32,000 nucleotides of DNA, taken from NCBI RefSeq assembly GCF_001458695.1, contig NZ_LN885086.1, positions 630,001 to 662,000 of the forward strand, written 5' to 3'. A program made the translations under genes and the position numbers. A model generated the notes under the pieces. The model was not told the origin of the DNA. It worked only from the letters and a program-made list of their open reading frames with translations, and made no database searches. Numbering within the stretch: the first letter of the stretch is position 1; the number at the start of each line of letters is the position of its first letter. This document shows positions 29,678-32,000 of this stretch, piece after piece. The DNA is from Candidatus Nitrospira inopinata. GTDB lineage: Bacteria > Nitrospirota > Nitrospiria > Nitrospirales > Nitrospiraceae.

Positions 29678-31066
29678 TCATGTTTCCTTCAAGGCCTTCA
29701 CGATTGCTTGTACCATGTCCCGCGCGTCCCCGAACAGCATGATCGTCTTGTCGTTCGCAAAGAGGGGATTGGGAATCCCCGCAAAACCCGGGCTCAGGCT
29801 CCGCTTGACGACGACGATCGCCGCCGACTTGTCCACATCGAGGATCGGCATGCCGGCGATCGGGCTGGCCGCGTCAGTCCGCGCGATCGGATTCACCACG
29901 TCATTGGCGCCGATCACGAGGGCGACATCCGTCCGATCAAATGACGCGTTGCTTTCATCGAGATCTTTCAGCAGCTCGTAGGGCACGTTGGCCTCCGCCA
30001 GCAGGACGTTCATATGGCCCGGCATGCGGCCGGCGACCGGATGGATGGCGAATTCCACCTCCACGCCGCGAGCCCGCAACAGAGCCGCGAGCTGCGCCAC
30101 CGCATGTTGCGCTTGAGACACGGCCATCCCGAATCCAGGCACGATCACAACCCGGCGCGCGGCGTCAAACAAGAGGGCGACTTCCTCCGGCGAGCCGGTC
30201 TTGACCCGTCCTTTGTAGATGTCGTCGGCCTTTCCATCGCGAGGCTCGGACGGCGTGATCCCCGCCAGGACGTCGATGAGCGACCGATTCATGGCCCGGC
30301 ACATGATCTGCGTGAGGATGAAGCCCGAGGCTCCCACGAGCGAACCGGCGATGATGAGCACATTGTTATCCAACACAAATCCCGTCGCCGATGCCGCCAA
30401 GCCTGAACAGGAATTAAGCAGCGCGATGACGACCGGCATATCCGCCCCGCCCACCGGCAGCACCAGTAAGAGCCCGAGCAGCGACGACACGACGACGACA
30501 AACCAATAGACCGCACACGGAGCCGGAACGAGCACCAGCCAGAGTCCGAGTCCTGCGGCCGCTGCCGCCAAGGCGAACGTAACGACACGCTGGCCGGGAA
30601 CCCGAACCGACTCGTCCGCGATCAGCTCTTGCAACTTGGCGAAGGCGATCACACTCCCCCAAAAGGTTACGGCGCCGACGATCCCTGAGATCACCGCGGC
30701 CACGGTGAAATGATGCAGCGCGGAAACCTCCGCGTTTCGGACCTCCAACAGGCCGACGCCCGCCACGAAGACGGAGGCGCCGCCTCCCAACCCGTTGAGC
30801 AACGCCACCAACTGGGGCATGGCGGTCATGCGGATCTTCACCGCCAAGGTCGCGCCGATGACGGCCCCCAACGCCAGCACCACGACGATGGACTGCATAT
30901 TCACGATGCGCCGGTCGAGCAACGTCAGCCCCACGGCGATCAACATGCCCGTCGCGCCCATCACGTTGCCGCGCGGCGCACTCCTCGGATGCGCCAGCCC
31001 CTTCAGCCCGGCGATAAAGAGGGCCGACGCGACCAGATAACCCAGATTGATGAGGGCCTGATTCAT
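29678..31066 (-). CDS. pntB: NAD(P) transhydrogenase subunit beta
   Basis: 462 aa. N-terminal membrane domain, then the C-terminal dIII domain (VPGFGMAVSQAQH, HPVAGRMPGHMNVLLAEA, GANDVVNP). Confidence 0.94.
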   Translation of the reverse strand: MNQALINLGYLVASALFIAGLKGLAHPRSAPRGNVMGATGMLIAVGLTLLDRRIVNMQSIVVVLALGAVIGATLAVKIRMTAMPQLVALLNGLGGGASVFVAGVGLLEVRNAEVSALHHFTVAAVISGIVGAVTFWGSVIAFAKLQELIADESVRVPGQRVVTFALAAAAAGLGLWLVLVPAPCAVYWFVVVVSSLLGLLLVLPVGGADMPVVIALLNSCSGLAASATGFVLDNNVLIIAGSLVGASGFILTQIMCRAMNRSLIDVLAGITPSEPRDGKADDIYKGRVKTGSPEEVALLFDAARRVVIVPGFGMAVSQAQHAVAQLAALLRARGVEVEFAIHPVAGRMPGHMNVLLAEANVPYELLKDLDESNASFDRTDVALVIGANDVVNPIARTDAASPIAGMPILDVDKSAAIVVVKRSLSPGFAGIPNPLFANDKTIMLFGDARDMVQAIVKALKET

Positions 31067-31356
31067 TGGTCGTGTCGCGCTTGTCCTCGAAACATCCTCA
31101 ACATCCGATGGGTCACGAGAAAACCGCCCACGACGTTGATCGTCGCGAAGAGCAGGGCGGCCAACCCCAACCAGTTCGAGACAGGGTCCCGCTCCGATCC
31201 GGCCGCCAATAGGGCACCGACGATCGTGATGCCGGAGATGGCATTGGCGCCCGACATGAGAGGCGTGTGGAGCGTGGGCGGCACCTTGGTGATGATCTCA
31301 AACCCTGCGAACAACGCCAGCACGAACACCGTCAAGCCCGCGATAAAGGTATCCAT
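31063..31356 (-). CDS. pntAB: NAD(P) transhydrogenase subunit alpha part 2 (membrane)
   Basis: 97 aa with HTPLMSGANAISGITIVGALL. 4-nt overlap with pntB. Confidence 0.9.
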   Translation of the reverse strand: MDTFIAGLTVFVLALFAGFEIITKVPPTLHTPLMSGANAISGITIVGALLAAGSERDPVSNWLGLAALLFATINVVGGFLVTHRMLRMFRGQARHDQ

Positions 31357-31484
31357 CTTGTTCTCCTCCGGCGTTTTCTATCCAAAACTCGTCCAAATCT
31401 CGTCGGATCTCACGGACCTCAACAGACCGGAAACGGCGCTTGTCGGCGAACAAGGTTCCGTCCGCCGCGGCTCGCCGTTTCCTC

Positions 31485-32000
31485 TCAGCCTGCTTCCAGC
31501 AACGTGTTCACTCGTTGATGCACGACGCCGCCGCTCCGCGCGACGAGGATCTCCTTCACAATTTCATCATCGGCCGTCGGACCAACATCGCCTTCCTGGC
31601 CAAGCCGAGGCAGCAGATACTGCAACAGACTGACGAGATTCTTCCCATAGAGCTGGCTGGCATGCGTGGGAACGAGGGCAGGCAGATTGGTGGGGCCCAG
31701 CACGGTCACGCCGCGATGGACCACCGTCTCGTTCGGACAGGTCATTTCGCAATTCCCCCCTCGATCCGCTGCCACGTCCACCACCACGGCCCCTCGGCCC
31801 ATCCGCTGGATCATCTCTTCCGTGATCAGGATCGGTGCCTTGCGACCCGGCACCGAGGCCGTCGTGATGACCACGTCGCTGGCCTCCACCACCGGAGCCA
31901 ATCCAAGCCGTTGCCGCCTATAGGTCTCCTCGTCCAACGCCTTGGCATAGCCGCTCGCCCCTTCCACGTCGCGCATATCGATCGGAAACTCGACGACCTT
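31485..32000 (-). CDS. pntAA: NAD(P) transhydrogenase subunit alpha part 1, C-terminal portion (gene continues past the window)
   Basis: The frame stays open to the window edge (KVVEFPIDMRDVEGASGYAK...). VVITTASVPGRKAPILITEEM, VVVDVAADRGGNCE and ASQLYGKNL match PntA dI. Confidence 0.9.
   Translation of the reverse strand, partial: KVVEFPIDMRDVEGASGYAKALDEETYRRQRLGLAPVVEASDVVITTASVPGRKAPILITEEMIQRMGRGAVVVDVAADRGGNCEMTCPNETVVHRGVTVLGPTNLPALVPTHASQLYGKNLVSLLQYLLPRLGQEGDVGPTADDEIVKEILVARSGGVVHQRVNTLLEAG

Overview
High-GC bacterial chromosomal window. The gene content resembles Nitrospira-type genomes, but I cannot verify the taxon without a search. Almost all real genes are on the minus strand, and most long ORFs opposite them are GC-rich shadow ORFs.

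Gene order, left to right:
- cydB' and cydA (cytochrome bd oxidase).
- Two tandem alginate-export-type outer-membrane porins (+ strand).
- A membrane-anchored protein built from about 14 short repeats.
- One very long minus-strand gene string (21350 down to 7379): an N-ATPase-type F1Fo operon (atpD-C-Q-B-E-F-A-G) joined by 4-nt start/stop overlaps to ackA, a divergent phosphoketolase, and nrfH-nrfA (cytochrome c nitrite reductase).
- A HisKA_3 sensor kinase and NarL-type response regulator pair (+ strand).
- A minus-strand ion and redox block: MscS, an NhaP antiporter, a frameshifted NhaP2/CvrA-like antiporter, a tandem USP, and pntB, pntAB and pntAA'.

The strongest finding is a 1,969-bp AT-richer element at 13952-15920. 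It has 18-bp terminal inverted repeats (16/18 match) and a perfect 8-bp target-site duplication (CGTGAATC). It carries an IS1-family transposase plus cargo: a small basic protein, a coiled-coil protein and a tRNA-like gene with a long variable arm and an odd anticodon loop. It is inserted inside codon 13 of atpG. Removing it in silico restores an in-frame atpG whose ATG overlaps the atpA stop.

Other observations:
- NrfA has CXXCH, not CXXCK, at the heme-1 position.
- No atpR gene is present, and the c subunit carries a partial Na+-ligand motif.
- A 1-nt frameshift separates the transporter and TrkA-C parts of the K+/H+ antiporter.
- A perfect 26-nt palindrome sits at the start of the second porin gene.
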